Shown here one piece after another: positions 1 through 9,626 of a stretch of 64,000 nt of DNA (the first letter of the stretch is position 1; every line of letters starts with the position of its first letter). A model generated the notes under the pieces. It was not told the DNA's origin. It saw nothing but the letters and a program-made list of their open reading frames with translations, and did not search any database. The stretch covers positions 576,001-640,000 of the forward strand of contig CAVVKJ010000010.1 in the NCBI GenBank assembly GCA_963748815.1, in the 5' to 3' direction. Origin of the DNA: an uncultured Gemmatimonadales bacterium (GTDB lineage Bacteria; Gemmatimonadota; Gemmatimonadetes; Gemmatimonadales; GWC2-71-9). The position numbers and the translations under genes are program-made.

Positions 1-621
1 CAGGCCGTTCGTCGGGAGAATACCGATGGCTTTGCGCGCGGCGTCGGCGGCCTTGTCCGGCTTGGTGGTGCGTTCGTCGATGCACTGCTTGGCCGCGTCG
101 GCGGACTTGACGGCCGGCGAGAAGGCGTCGGCCACCAGTTCGCCGAACTGCTTCGAGGACTGCCCCGGTGCCTGCCGCACCACGACCACGTTGCCGGCGT
201 CGTCGTTGAGCCCGGCGAGCCGGGCGGTCACCACGTACACCCCGGATTCGTTCTTGCTCAGCGAGGACGACAGCATGACGCGCGCCTGCAGCTGCTGCGC
301 GAGGACGCGCGCGACGACCGGCTGCAGGATGGCGTCGGCCGGATACCCGTACTGGACGAGCGCGGACTGCATCTGCTCGAGCGGCACCACGCGGTAGGTG
401 GTGCCGGCGACCCGCTCCATGCGGTTCCGAAGCGCGTTGCCCACCTCGACGGCCAGACTGGAATCGCCCTCGACGAAGGCGAACGGCGTGGCGACCATCA
501 ACTTGGGTGCGGCAGCCACCGGAGCGCCGAGGCGCCGGGCCCCCGACGGGATCTGGGCGCTGACCGATGAGGCACCCAACAAGGCGATGGCGGCGAGCGG
601 GGCGAAGCGGTTCAGGCGCAT
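1..621 (-). CDS. Exported protein with signal peptide, possibly TPR-containing; 3' end runs off the window
   Basis: Read manually: ATG at 621 preceded by AGGAGG; MRLNRFAPLAAIALLGASSVSAQIPSG... is a Sec-type signal; frame open to position 1. Absent from the ORF track because no stop falls inside the window. Confidence 0.75.
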   Translation of the reverse strand, partial: MRLNRFAPLAAIALLGASSVSAQIPSGARRLGAPVAAAPKLMVATPFAFVEGDSSLAVEVGNALRNRMERVAGTTYRVVPLEQMQSALVQYGYPADAILQPVVARVLAQQLQARVMLSSSLSKNESGVYVVTARLAGLNDDAGNVVVVRQAPGQSSKQFGELVADAFSPAVKSADAAKQCIDERTTKPDKAADAARKAIGILPTNGL

Positions 622-690
622 TCCTGCGGCCTCCTGAGAATCTTGACGAATGACAAACCAGCTGTGGCCGCGGGCGTGCCCCGGGCCAGA

Positions 691-764
691 TGGGCGAAGA
701 GGGATTCGAACCCCCGACATCCTGCGTGTAAGGCAGGCGCTCTAACCAGCTGAGCTATTCGCCC
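691..764 (-). tRNA. tRNA-Val (anticodon TAC), CCA not encoded
   Basis: Reverse complement GGGCGAATAGCTCAGCTGGTTAGAGCG-CCTGC CT TAC AC GCAGG-ATGTC-GGGGG TTCGAAT CCCTC-TTCGCCC A folds as a cloverleaf. Confidence 0.97.
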
Positions 765-785
765 GGCTGCGCGTGCCGGCAACGG

Positions 786-977
786 CTAGAGCGCGATCCC
801 CAATGGAAGTAGGACGCAATAACCGAGCACCAGCAACACGGCGGCAAGACTGGTGCTCCCCGACGACAGGAGCAGGTAGCCCGCGACGAGCGAAACAGCC
901 CCCGCGGCCAGCAGGGCCAAGTTTCGAGGCCCCAGCGGGATAGCACGTGCCTTGCGCGGCTTGGAAGTTTCGGGCAT
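786..977 (-). CDS. Small two-helix membrane protein (DUF3098-like)
   Basis: 63 aa, basic N-terminus then two hydrophobic segments (LALLAAGAVSLVAGYLLL; LAAVLLVLGYCVLLPLGI); fills the gap between the peptidase and the tRNA. Confidence 0.65.
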   Translation of the reverse strand: MPETSKPRKARAIPLGPRNLALLAAGAVSLVAGYLLLSSGSTSLAAVLLVLGYCVLLPLGIAL

Positions 978-986
978 AAGCTATGA

Positions 987-1015
987 ACCCTAGCCGGGTG
1001 GCCCACGGTGGTCAA
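987..1015 (-). promoter_or_regulatory. Candidate sigma70 promoter TTGACC-N17-TAGGGT for the small ORF and tRNA-Val
   Basis: -35 at 1015-1010, 17-nt spacer, -10 at 992-987, 9 nt upstream of ATG 977. Confidence 0.5.
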
Positions 1016-1895
1016 GCGCATTTGCGTCGCTCGGCGGCGCCGGATCAGCCAGCGGCTCCTCGGGCGGATAGGTCCAGTCGAGGTTTAGCGCGGCCCGGCG
1101 CGGGGCGTCCCTGCGGCGGCGGGCCTCGTACCCCAGCGCCACGAGGAGCGCCATCCCGAGCCAGATGCCGGTCCCCAGCAACCAGGTCACGATCCCGAAC
1201 CGGGCCCGCACGCTCTTCCGCCAGGCCTCGTCGAACCGGTCGAGCGTCAACCCGGTCGTGGCCACGACCGCGTCCTCGAAGCCGACACCCTCCCCCAGCC
1301 GCTCGAAGAGCGGTTGCAGGGAGCCCGTTGGATTCCGCCGCGCCAGCTCCATGACCGCCGTGGCGGCCAGGGCATAGGCGGCGTCGGCGGATGGCTGGGA
1401 GGCCCGGAGTTCCCCGTCGAGCGCCCGGAGCCCGGGGATCGTCCCCTTGGCCACGGCGAGGTTGATCCCAACTCGGTCCAGGAGGTCCCACTGTCCGCTC
1501 GCCATCGTGGCGTATCCCTCGTCGAACCAGAGGGGCACTCGGCCGCGCACCGCCTGGTGCAGCGCGAGGTGGGCCAGCTCGTGACGCAGGGTCCCCATCA
1601 CGTCGCCCGCATCGGCGCGGAGTACGATGGTCCGGCCGCCTGGGAAGGCTGCGCCAGCGCCCCACCCCGGGAGCCGCCCACGCGTGAACTCGCGGAACGT
1701 CACCGAGTCGGCGGTGACGACCAGGCGAATCTCCCCGAGGTCGAGGGGACCGAGCCCAGGCCAGGGACCGGGCTGATCGGCGACCTCCGCCAATCCGATC
1801 GCCAGCGCCTCCTGCGCCGGCCAGGCCACGGCGGTTACCCGGCCGACCGTGACCGCGGAGGGCTGCCCCTGCCAGAGGGCCAGCGCGAGAATCAG
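990..1895 (-). CDS. Peptidase MA-like (zincin) metallohydrolase with C-terminal TM helix; probable CTG start at 1895 (ORF track uses GTG 1829)
   Basis: HELAH (HExxH) and downstream PLWFDEGYA third-ligand motif; in-frame upstream LILALALWQGQP begins at a CTG overlapping the TGA of the upstream gene. Confidence 0.8.
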   Translation of the reverse strand: MILALALWQGQPSAVTVGRVTAVAWPAQEALAIGLAEVADQPGPWPGLGPLDLGEIRLVVTADSVTFREFTRGRLPGWGAGAAFPGGRTIVLRADAGDVMGTLRHELAHLALHQAVRGRVPLWFDEGYATMASGQWDLLDRVGINLAVAKGTIPGLRALDGELRASQPSADAAYALAATAVMELARRNPTGSLQPLFERLGEGVGFEDAVVATTGLTLDRFDEAWRKSVRARFGIVTWLLGTGIWLGMALLVALGYEARRRRDAPRRAALNLDWTYPPEEPLADPAPPSDANALDHRGPPG

Positions 1896-2764
1896 GCTGG
1901 CGAATGTCGAGGGATATCTCCTCCCGCGGCGGCCACTTCAAGCAACTCCCGGCACCGCTTGCCCCAGGGGTTGAACTTGTTGGCCTTGTGCCCGTCGGTC
2001 CACGCCTGTCGCGCATCGTCCGCCCGCCCGAGAAACCAGAGCGCCCGGCCCAGTTCGTAGTACGCCTCAATCAGGTTGGGCCCGAGGGCCAGCGCCTTGC
2101 GGAAGAAGGCGTCCGCATCCTCGTACATTTCCCGCTCCTGGTACACCAGCCCCAGGTAGAAGTGCGCGTAGAGCGTGGCCTTCCGGTCGTTGTCCAGGCG
2201 GATGGCACGGGACAGATGCTCGATGGCCTCCCCGAAGATCCCCTTCTTGAGGCAGATATACCCGACGTTGATGCGCGCGAGCGCATTGGCCGGCTCCCGC
2301 ATGAGGACCTTGGAGAAGGTGCCGAGCGCCTCGTCATACTGCTCGGACAGCATCTGGGCCCAGCCGAGGAGCGAGAGCGCCTGCGTATCCTCCGGCGATA
2401 GTGCGAGGGCCTTCTCGAGCGACTGGATGGCCGCGGGGAAGTCGCCCAGGGAGATCAGGCTCCACCCCTTCTCGATGAAGGTGGAAGCGCCGAGGTGATC
2501 GGCCTGCAGGACCGGCCTGGCCCCGGAGAATTGCGGCGCCGCCCCGCCCTCCGCGTCGGCGGACAGCTGCTTATACTGCTCCACCAATCCCCGAATCTGT
2601 TCCTTCAGCGCGGTGAGTTCGCCGAGCGCCCCATCCACGCGCTTGAAATAGGCGACGATGTCGCGCTTGACCGCCTGGCGCTCCCCGCCGGCGGGGCTCG
2701 CGTCGAGCCGGGCGGCGAGCGCGGCGTATTCGTCACGCATGCCGGCGAGCCAGTCCTCGGTCAC
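1892..2764 (-). CDS. TPR protein with N-terminal coiled coil
   Basis: Repeated TPR helices (KGWSLISLGDFPAAIQSLEKALALSP; HFYLGLVYQEREMYEDADAFFRKALALGP); start overlaps the cheW stop. Confidence 0.88.
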   Translation of the reverse strand: MTEDWLAGMRDEYAALAARLDASPAGGERQAVKRDIVAYFKRVDGALGELTALKEQIRGLVEQYKQLSADAEGGAAPQFSGARPVLQADHLGASTFIEKGWSLISLGDFPAAIQSLEKALALSPEDTQALSLLGWAQMLSEQYDEALGTFSKVLMREPANALARINVGYICLKKGIFGEAIEHLSRAIRLDNDRKATLYAHFYLGLVYQEREMYEDADAFFRKALALGPNLIEAYYELGRALWFLGRADDARQAWTDGHKANKFNPWGKRCRELLEVAAAGGDIPRHSPA

Positions 2765-3222
2765 GTGGCGGCGGCCTCGAGCTGGAGGCGTTCCTCGCTG
2801 CTGAAGAGGCGGCCCGCCTGCAGCAGGATGACCGTCCGGTCCTCGAGGGTCAGCACGCCCAGGATGTATTTCGCGGCCAGGCCGCGGACCATGGGCGGCG
2901 AGGGTGCGATCCGGCGGCTGTCCACGCGGAGCACCTCCCGGACTCCGTCCACCACCATCCCGACACGCTGGCCGTCCATCGTGACGATCATGACGCGGGT
3001 CTCTTCCACCTGGGTGGCGGGGAGTTCGAGCCGTTTGCGCAGGTCCACGACCGGCACGACGCCGTCCCCGTACGGAAGGACCCCCTCGAGGAAGTCCGGT
3101 GCGCTGGGCACCGGGGAGGGCGCCTGATACCGGAGGATCCGGTCCACCTGGGAAATTTCCAGGGCGAACTCCTGGCTTCCCCCGCGAAAGATCACCACCT
3201 GAATGTCGTCACCGGTCGTCAT
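2761..3222 (-). CDS. cheW: CheW coupling protein
   Basis: VVIF..G.QEFALEISQVDRIL, PVPSAPDFLEGV, VPVVDLRKRL, VGMVVDGVREV. Confidence 0.93.
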   Translation of the reverse strand: MTTGDDIQVVIFRGGSQEFALEISQVDRILRYQAPSPVPSAPDFLEGVLPYGDGVVPVVDLRKRLELPATQVEETRVMIVTMDGQRVGMVVDGVREVLRVDSRRIAPSPPMVRGLAAKYILGVLTLEDRTVILLQAGRLFSSEERLQLEAAAT

Positions 3223-3653
3223 GGACCGCGCTTCCCCCCCAGGAGTCGGACTCCCAGGGCCTTGAGGTCAAGAATCGGCACCAGCACACCGTCGCGCCGC
3301 GCCACGCCGAGCGCCCAGGGCAGCGACTCTCCCGCGGGGACCGGCACCACCTCCTCGGCGAGCACCGCCTCGGCGCCGTCGACTTCCAGGCAGATCCGCT
3401 GGCGGCCCGCCCGAGCGAGCACTCCCACCGCGCCGACCGTTGCCGGGCAGGCGCCGCCCCAGAGCACCGTCGAGAGGTTCACCACGGGCACCAGGCGTTC
3501 CCGCACCGCCACAACGCCCCGCACCGCCGCATCGGTCGTCGGGACCGGAAAGGTCGTCGCGAGGTCCACGACTTCCAGCACTTCGGCCACTTCCAGGCCG
3601 ACGTCCCGCCCTCCCACCTGCACGAGGAGGTACTGGCAGGTCCCGGCGGTCAC
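3219..3653 (-). CDS. cheW: Divergent CheW-like protein
   Basis: [44 protein letters not shown]. Confidence 0.85.
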   Translation of the reverse strand: MTAGTCQYLLVQVGGRDVGLEVAEVLEVVDLATTFPVPTTDAAVRGVVAVRERLVPVVNLSTVLWGGACPATVGAVGVLARAGRQRICLEVDGAEAVLAEEVVPVPAGESLPWALGVARRDGVLVPILDLKALGVRLLGGKRGP

Positions 3654-4696
3654 GCGACGTTCATCCGCGCGAGCAGGGTGGAGACCCGCTCGCCGACATC
3701 GGAGACCGGGAGCACGAGGTCGGCCCCGCCGGCCGCCTGCGCCTCCTTCGGCATCCCGAAAATCGTGGAGCTCTCCTTGTCCTGCGCGATGCCCTTCCCG
3801 CCGGCGTCGTGAATCTGGCGGAGTCCCTCCGCGCCGTCCCGGCCCAGGCCGGTGAGCACGACGCCGATGGCGCGCCGCCCGAACAGCTGCGCCACGGAGC
3901 GAAAGAGGGGATCCGCGGCCGGGCGGACGCCCCAGAGCGGCGGCTCCTGGTCCAGCGCGAGCGCCAGCCCGTCGCTCCCCTCGGTCACTCGCATATGATA
4001 ATCCCCCGGGGCGATGTAGGCGGTGTCGGAGACGAGCGGCGCCCCGTGCTCCGCCTCGACCACCGCCAGGTCGCTCTGCGCCGAGAGTCGCTCGGCCAGG
4101 CTCCGGGTAAACCGGGGCGGCATATGCTGCACGATGACCACCGCCGCGTTGTGGCCGCGGGTGATCCGGGGAACGACCTCCGCCAGCGCGCGCGGGCCGC
4201 CAGTGGACGCCGCGATGGCCACGCAGAAGCGCGCCCGGCCCGGCAGCGCGAAGAGTCCGGCGGGCAGGTCGGGCCGGTTCGGGCGGGCAAGCATCGGCAG
4301 GCGGTAGATGTCCGCCGCGCGCGCGGCCCGCAGCGCCTCGAGCACCCGCGCCCCGAACCGGCCGCGCGAGGCCTCGTCGCGGCCCGCCTCCTTGGCCACC
4401 AGTTCGACCGCGCCGAGCTCGAGCGCGCGGATGGCGCCCGCTGTGCCTGGCCCGGCGTACGAACTGACGACCACGACGGGGCGCGGCGCCTCCGACATCA
4501 GGTAGCCGATGGCCCCGAGGCCATCGAGTTCGGGCATCTCGAGGTCCATGGTCACCAGGTCGGGCTGGTACTCGTGGACCTTTCGAAGCGCGTCCAGCCC
4601 GTTCCGCGCCGTGGTCACCACGCGAAACTCGCCGGAGCCGTCGATGATCTCGGTGAGGAGCCGCCGGATCAGGGCGCTGTCGTCCGCCACGAGCAC
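3650..4696 (-). CDS. cheB: Chemotaxis methylesterase CheB (receiver plus methylesterase); start could extend to ~4714
   Basis: Receiver LVADDS...[14 protein letters not shown]; catalytic [19 protein letters not shown]. Confidence 0.96.
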   Translation of the reverse strand: MLVADDSALIRRLLTEIIDGSGEFRVVTTARNGLDALRKVHEYQPDLVTMDLEMPELDGLGAIGYLMSEAPRPVVVVSSYAGPGTAGAIRALELGAVELVAKEAGRDEASRGRFGARVLEALRAARAADIYRLPMLARPNRPDLPAGLFALPGRARFCVAIAASTGGPRALAEVVPRITRGHNAAVVIVQHMPPRFTRSLAERLSAQSDLAVVEAEHGAPLVSDTAYIAPGDYHMRVTEGSDGLALALDQEPPLWGVRPAADPLFRSVAQLFGRRAIGVVLTGLGRDGAEGLRQIHDAGGKGIAQDKESSTIFGMPKEAQAAGGADLVLPVSDVGERVSTLLARMNVA

Positions 4697-4706
4697 CGTC
4701 GGGAGG

Positions 4707-5195
4707 CTAGAGATGCGTCACTCCCCGGCGGACCGTCGACACTTCAATGCGGCCGTCGGCCACGAAGAGCCGCACCGTGCGTCCGAAGTCGCCGCCGACT
4801 TCGCTCCCGACCAGCGGGATCGCGTGGTGGGCGAGCGCCGCCCGCACCGCCACCAGGTTTCGCTCCCCCATCTGGATGGTGCCGACCGGCTGCAGGTTGG
4901 TGAACATCGACGCGCCGCCGGCGAGCCGCGCGGTGATCCGCGATGCCCGCGCCCCCAGGCCGACCATGTCCTGCAGCAGGAGCGGAATGGCCGTCTGCGG
5001 GAACTTGCCTGGGCTCTGGTCTCGCCGACTGAGCGCGGGCGACGGCAGCAGGATGTGCGCCAGCCCGCCCACCTTCGCCTCGGCGTCGTGGAGCATCACG
5101 GCGACACAACTTCCCAGGCCGATGGTCAGCAGGACATCGCCGTGACCCCCGGCCTTGTATTCCGCCACGTGCACCACAATTTCGCCCGAACTCAT
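4707..5195 (-). CDS. cheD: Chemoreceptor glutamine deamidase CheD
   Basis: [40 protein letters not shown]. Confidence 0.95.
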   Translation of the reverse strand: MSSGEIVVHVAEYKAGGHGDVLLTIGLGSCVAVMLHDAEAKVGGLAHILLPSPALSRRDQSPGKFPQTAIPLLLQDMVGLGARASRITARLAGGASMFTNLQPVGTIQMGERNLVAVRAALAHHAIPLVGSEVGGDFGRTVRLFVADGRIEVSTVRRGVTHL

Positions 5196-6013
5196 GCCGC
5201 CCTCCGAAAGATGCGTTCACGGGCGTCGACCAGGGTCAGGCGTTCCCGGGCGACGCCCAGCAGCGTTTCGACCTTGCCCAGCACGAGGATGCCGCCGGGC
5301 AGCAGCGCCTCGGCGAACTGCGCGAAGAGCCGTTCCTGCATCGGGCGATCGAAATAGATCACCACGTTTCGGCAGAAGATGAGGTCGTACGCCGCCGAGG
5401 GGATGGGTTCCCGCGTGAGGTCCAGCCGGCGCACCGTGACCATCCGCCGGACGGCCTCGCTGACCTGCCAGGACGCCCCGGCCGGCGTGCAGTACTTCTC
5501 GGTGATCCACGCCGGGGCCTCGAGAAACGCGGCCTGCGGGTAGAGCCCGGCTGCGGCGCGTTCGAGGCTCCCCCGGTCGATGTCCGTGGCGTCGATGCGC
5601 ACCCGATCGGACCAGGAGGGATGCCCGATCGCCGCCGCGGCCTCCGCGCAGAGCATGGCCAGGGTGTACGGCTCCTCGCCGGAGGAGCAGCCGGCGCTCC
5701 AGGCGACCAGCCGCCCGCTCCGCGCCTCGAGCAACCCGGGCAACAAGTCGGTCCGCAGTCGATCCCACGTTTCCGAATTCCGGTAGAAGCGCGTCACGTT
5801 GATGGTGAGCGCATCCTTGAGCTTGTCCCACTCGTCCGGCTTCCGGTCGAGCACCGTCATGTACTCGGCGTACGTGTGCACTCCGCACGCGCGCATCCGG
5901 ACGAGGAGACGGCGCCGGAGACACTTGTCCTTGTAGGCGTCGAGTGTAAGTCCCGCCTCGCGGGACACCCGGCGCGTCAGGGACTTGAACCCCTCCTCGT
6001 CGTCCATGGTCAT
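5192..6013 (-). CDS. cheR: Chemotaxis methyltransferase CheR
   Basis: LTINVTRFYRN, WSAGCSSGEEPYTLAM, ATDID, DLIFCRNVVIYFD. Confidence 0.96.
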   Translation of the reverse strand: MTMDDEEGFKSLTRRVSREAGLTLDAYKDKCLRRRLLVRMRACGVHTYAEYMTVLDRKPDEWDKLKDALTINVTRFYRNSETWDRLRTDLLPGLLEARSGRLVAWSAGCSSGEEPYTLAMLCAEAAAAIGHPSWSDRVRIDATDIDRGSLERAAAGLYPQAAFLEAPAWITEKYCTPAGASWQVSEAVRRMVTVRRLDLTREPIPSAAYDLIFCRNVVIYFDRPMQERLFAQFAEALLPGGILVLGKVETLLGVARERLTLVDARERIFRRAA

Positions 6014-7629
6014 GCCGGCACGTCCAGGATCTCGAGGTTGGAGCGCGCGAGCTGATGGCCGGGGTTCAGCTCGGCGGCCCGGCGCCAGCAGTCCCGGGCC
6101 CGATCGCGATCGCGCTGCCGGAACGCCAGGTTTCCCAGCTTGAAGTAGAGGTCATCGCCGAGGTCGGGCGCCAGCTTGGCGGCGCGATCGAAGGCGGCCT
6201 GCGCATCGTCATACCGCCCCGCGCGGTAGAGCAAGTCGCCCAGGTTCTTCGAAAGCTGGGGGAGGCTCGGCTCGTCGGCGAGCGCCGCGCGGAGCAGCCG
6301 TTCCGCCTCGGGCAGGTCGCCGGTCGCCTCGAGGAGCATCGCGAGATTGTTGCGCAGCACCGGATGCTGGGGCCACGCCTTCACGCCCTCCTGGGCGAGG
6401 GTGACCGCCCGCGGCAGGTCTCCGGCGGACCCCGCGGCGAGGGCGGCCGCCCAGAACCAGAGCGCAGGCACCGGCCGGTTCCCGAGCAGTTCCCGCGCCT
6501 TGGCCAACCGCCCCTCGGCCACCTCGGGGTCTTCTCGCTTGAGCGCGATGACGCCCCAGAGCAACATCGGCCGCGCATCCTCGCGCGCGCGCGACACCGC
6601 CTCCGCACCCGCCGCCTCCGCCTCGGCGAGCCGCCCCGCCCGCTCGAGCGCCAGCGCCAGGTTGTGCAGCCCAGCCGGCCGCGCCCCCCCGAGGTCGATC
6701 GCGCTCTGGAAGGCGGCCACGGCGTCGTCCCACCGCGCCTGCCGCAGCGCGATCAGGCCGAGGTAGAACGGCGCGTTGCCTTCCGCAGGGCGCAAATCCG
6801 CCACGCGGCGAAACTCCCGTTCCGCCTCCTCGAACATGCCGGTCTTGTAGAACGCGATGCCGAGGTTCCGATGCTCCTCCACCCGCGCGTCGTTGACCCG
6901 CTCCGACTGCTGCGTGGCGGAGGTCCCGACGCGGCGGACGAAGCCGGCGGAGAGGAGGCCGTAGATGGCCTTGCCGACCTCGAACTCCACCAGGCCGGAG
7001 GCGTCCACGACGTCCTGCACGTCGTTACGGCCGTTGAGGAGGGTGAGGATGGCCTCCTGCTCGTCGCTGAGCCGGACACCGGCCTCCTGCAGCCGCGGTT
7101 GGTCCACCTCGAACACGATGTCGAGCGTGGGAATCTTCTTGGCGATCAGGCTCCACTCGTCCACCCGCCGCGCCCCTTCGAGAAGCAGCGACTCCGGGTT
7201 GATGGACACCAGGAAGTCCTCGCGCTCCGGCCGCACGCCGGCCTCGAAGTTGAAGGTCCCGCTGCTCCACGTGAAGAGGTAGTACACCGCCTCCTCGACC
7301 TGCACCCGGATGTGGTCCTCGAGTTCGGCGCGGGTGATGTGCCCGAGCTCGACGAGGATCTCGCCGATCTTGCGATCCCGGTCCCCGGCCTGCCGATCCA
7401 CTGCGGCGCGGAGCTGCGCGTCGGTGATCCGCCCGTTGCGGACCAGCAGGTCGCCGATCCGGTCGCGCCGGTTGACGATCGAGGCGTAGATGATCCGGCC
7501 GTCGTCGAAGTAGGTATAGCCGAAGTTCTGCCGGTCGGCGACGGCCAGGCAGCCGGTCTTGCGGCCCAGCGCCAGGAGCTGGATCACGTCGGGGAGGCTG
7601 GCTTCCTTGAGGCTGCCCTTGATGGCCAT
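6010..7629 (-). CDS. DUF4388 (PatA-N-like) domain with MshEN-like insert and C-terminal TPR array
   Basis: MAIKGSLKEASLPDVIQLLALGRKTGCL...FTWSSGTFNF...ESLLLEGARRVDEW; RIGDLLVRNGRI/KIGEILVELGHI; multiple TPRs. ATG 7629 forms a TGATG overlap with the upstream gene. Confidence 0.88.
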   Translation of the reverse strand: MAIKGSLKEASLPDVIQLLALGRKTGCLAVADRQNFGYTYFDDGRIIYASIVNRRDRIGDLLVRNGRITDAQLRAAVDRQAGDRDRKIGEILVELGHITRAELEDHIRVQVEEAVYYLFTWSSGTFNFEAGVRPEREDFLVSINPESLLLEGARRVDEWSLIAKKIPTLDIVFEVDQPRLQEAGVRLSDEQEAILTLLNGRNDVQDVVDASGLVEFEVGKAIYGLLSAGFVRRVGTSATQQSERVNDARVEEHRNLGIAFYKTGMFEEAEREFRRVADLRPAEGNAPFYLGLIALRQARWDDAVAAFQSAIDLGGARPAGLHNLALALERAGRLAEAEAAGAEAVSRAREDARPMLLWGVIALKREDPEVAEGRLAKARELLGNRPVPALWFWAAALAAGSAGDLPRAVTLAQEGVKAWPQHPVLRNNLAMLLEATGDLPEAERLLRAALADEPSLPQLSKNLGDLLYRAGRYDDAQAAFDRAAKLAPDLGDDLYFKLGNLAFRQRDRDRARDCWRRAAELNPGHQLARSNLEILDVPA

Positions 7630-9626
7630 CAGCGCCACTCCTCGATCAGTCGCTCACCGAGGTCGGGCCATTCCCACACGCCCTTTTCCGGGCTGCGGAA
7701 GCCGCCCGCGCCCACGCCGCTGGTGCGGACGCCGGCGGCCGGCCGCGGCGCCTTCGGTGCGGCCCCTTCGAGCACCTCCCGCGCGAGGGCGACGTCCGGC
7801 TCGGCGTGGCGCGCGTCGGCGGCGGCCTCGATCCGCTGGACCAGCGCCTGCACCGCGCGCACCGACTCGGCGGGGCGGCCGGCGAGGTAACTCGCCAGCT
7901 CGGCGTCGGGCCGGTCGTACCGCGCGCCGAGGAGCCGCTCGATGACCGCCTGGCGCACCTCCCGCTCCGGTGGGGGAAGGTGCACCACGAGCCCACCCGT
8001 CAGCCGACTGGCGAGCCGCTCCTCGAGGCCCTCGATGGCGCCCGGCTCGTCGGAAGCGGTGAACACGAGCTGCGCACCCTGGTCGACGAGGTGGTTGAAG
8101 AGCAGGTACAGCTCCTCCTGCGTCCGCTCCCGATGGGCAAGGAGTTGGACGTCGTCGAGCAGCAGGGCGTTCACCCGCCGGTAGCGCGCGCGCCAGGGCG
8201 CGACCCGCTCCCGTTCGATGGCCTCGATGAGTTCCTCGGTGAAGTCCTGCGCATTCAGGCAGGCGACCACCGCGCCCGGCGCCGCCTGCAGCTGGTTTCC
8301 GACGGCGTGCAGGAGGTGCGTCTTCCCGACGCCGGCGCCGCCCACGATGACCAGCGGGTTGTAGGCGACGCCGGGCCGACCCGCCACCTCACGCGCGGAG
8401 CGCAGCGCCACCCGGTTCCCCTCGGACTCGACCAGGTCCTCGAAGACCCAGACTCCCTCGGGCCCCGGCGGAGGCGCGCCCCCCTCGCGCGCCCGGGCCA
8501 GGAACGCCTCGGCGGCGGGGACGCCGTCGGGGTCGCGGAACACCGGGTCGCGGCCCAGTTCCTCCGCCAGCGACGCCGCCTCCGCCTGCAACGCCTGGAG
8601 CCGCTCCACGTCGGCCACGAAGGACGAGAGCGCCTCCGCCGGGTCGCCATCGACGCTCCGCTCGAGGAGGCCGCGCAACCGGTCGGTGCGGTAGCCCTGT
8701 CCCTCCCAGCGCGCGACCGCCTCCTCCACCCGGCGCCGCCACCCTTCGACCTGCCGGGTGAGCGTGTCGGCCACCTCACTGAGGAACTCGCCGAACTCGT
8801 CGGCGGGCGGCTCCGGGTCGGCCGACGGCGAGGCGGTCGCCGCCACGGCCTCGGGACTCGGGACCTCCGCCGCGCTCGTTTCGGTGGCGGGGACATCCGC
8901 GGCCGTCGCACGGACGCCGAGCACCAGGCGCGCCTGCTCCGCATCGAGCGGGGCGTTCCCAACGGCCTGGAAAGCGACCAGCCGGTTCAGCGCGCCGACC
9001 AGTTCGCGCACGCTCTCGAGCGCGAGCGCCGCCACCGCCTCGAGGACGCCGGCCAGGAAGCTGACGCCGCGCTCCTCCGCCTTCCGGCGCAGGATCGCGA
9101 CGCGGGTCTCATAATCGGGCGCCGCGATGTCGATGACGAGACCGCCCGCCACTCGGCGGAGGAGCCGCTCGTCGAACGCCTCGATGTCCGCGGGGGGGCG
9201 GTCGCTGGTGAGGACGATTTGCCGACCCGCCGTCTGCATCTGGTCCACGAGGCGAAGGAGTTCGGCCTGCGTCTCCCGACGGTGGGTGACGAACTGCACG
9301 TCGTCGAGCAGGAGGATGTCGGCCTCGGCGAAGCGGCGACGGTAGGCGTCGCCCTGCCCTGCCCCGACCGCCGTGTGGAACGCCTCGACGAAGTCGTCGA
9401 GGGTCACGTACTCGACGCTGAGGGCCGGATCGATGGCCTGCGCCGCGTGGCCGATGGCCATGAGGAGGTGCGTCTTCCCCAACCCGGGCCGGGCGTAGAT
9501 GAAGAGGGGGTTGTAACCGGTGCCCGGCGATTCCGCGACCGTGCGCGCCGCCGTGGCGGCGAGGCGGTTGGCGGCGCCCACGACGAACCCGTCGAACCGC
9601 AGCTGCGGGCTCAGCTGGGTGGTCAC
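7629..9626 (-). CDS. Tandem DnaA/Hda-type AAA+ protein (two ATPase modules, no DnaA domain I or IV)
   Basis: Module 1: FDGFVVGAANRLA, YNPLFIY, GLGKTHLL, LLLDDVQF, SDRPP, VRELVGAL. Module 2: FEDLVESEGNRVA, YNPLVIV, GVGKTHLL, LLLDDVQL, RLASRLTGG. The protein ends about 45 aa after module 2. Confidence 0.9.
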   Translation of the reverse strand: MTTQLSPQLRFDGFVVGAANRLAATAARTVAESPGTGYNPLFIYARPGLGKTHLLMAIGHAAQAIDPALSVEYVTLDDFVEAFHTAVGAGQGDAYRRRFAEADILLLDDVQFVTHRRETQAELLRLVDQMQTAGRQIVLTSDRPPADIEAFDERLLRRVAGGLVIDIAAPDYETRVAILRRKAEERGVSFLAGVLEAVAALALESVRELVGALNRLVAFQAVGNAPLDAEQARLVLGVRATAADVPATETSAAEVPSPEAVAATASPSADPEPPADEFGEFLSEVADTLTRQVEGWRRRVEEAVARWEGQGYRTDRLRGLLERSVDGDPAEALSSFVADVERLQALQAEAASLAEELGRDPVFRDPDGVPAAEAFLARAREGGAPPPGPEGVWVFEDLVESEGNRVALRSAREVAGRPGVAYNPLVIVGGAGVGKTHLLHAVGNQLQAAPGAVVACLNAQDFTEELIEAIERERVAPWRARYRRVNALLLDDVQLLAHRERTQEELYLLFNHLVDQGAQLVFTASDEPGAIEGLEERLASRLTGGLVVHLPPPEREVRQAVIERLLGARYDRPDAELASYLAGRPAESVRAVQALVQRIEAAADARHAEPDVALAREVLEGAAPKAPRPAAGVRTSGVGAGGFRSPEKGVWEWPDLGERLIEEWR

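Noticed and set aside
7629..9626. Calling this gene dnaA and the region oriC
   Set aside because: It has two ATPase modules, no domain IV, no dnaN/recF/gyrB context and no AT-rich intergenic DnaA-box region.
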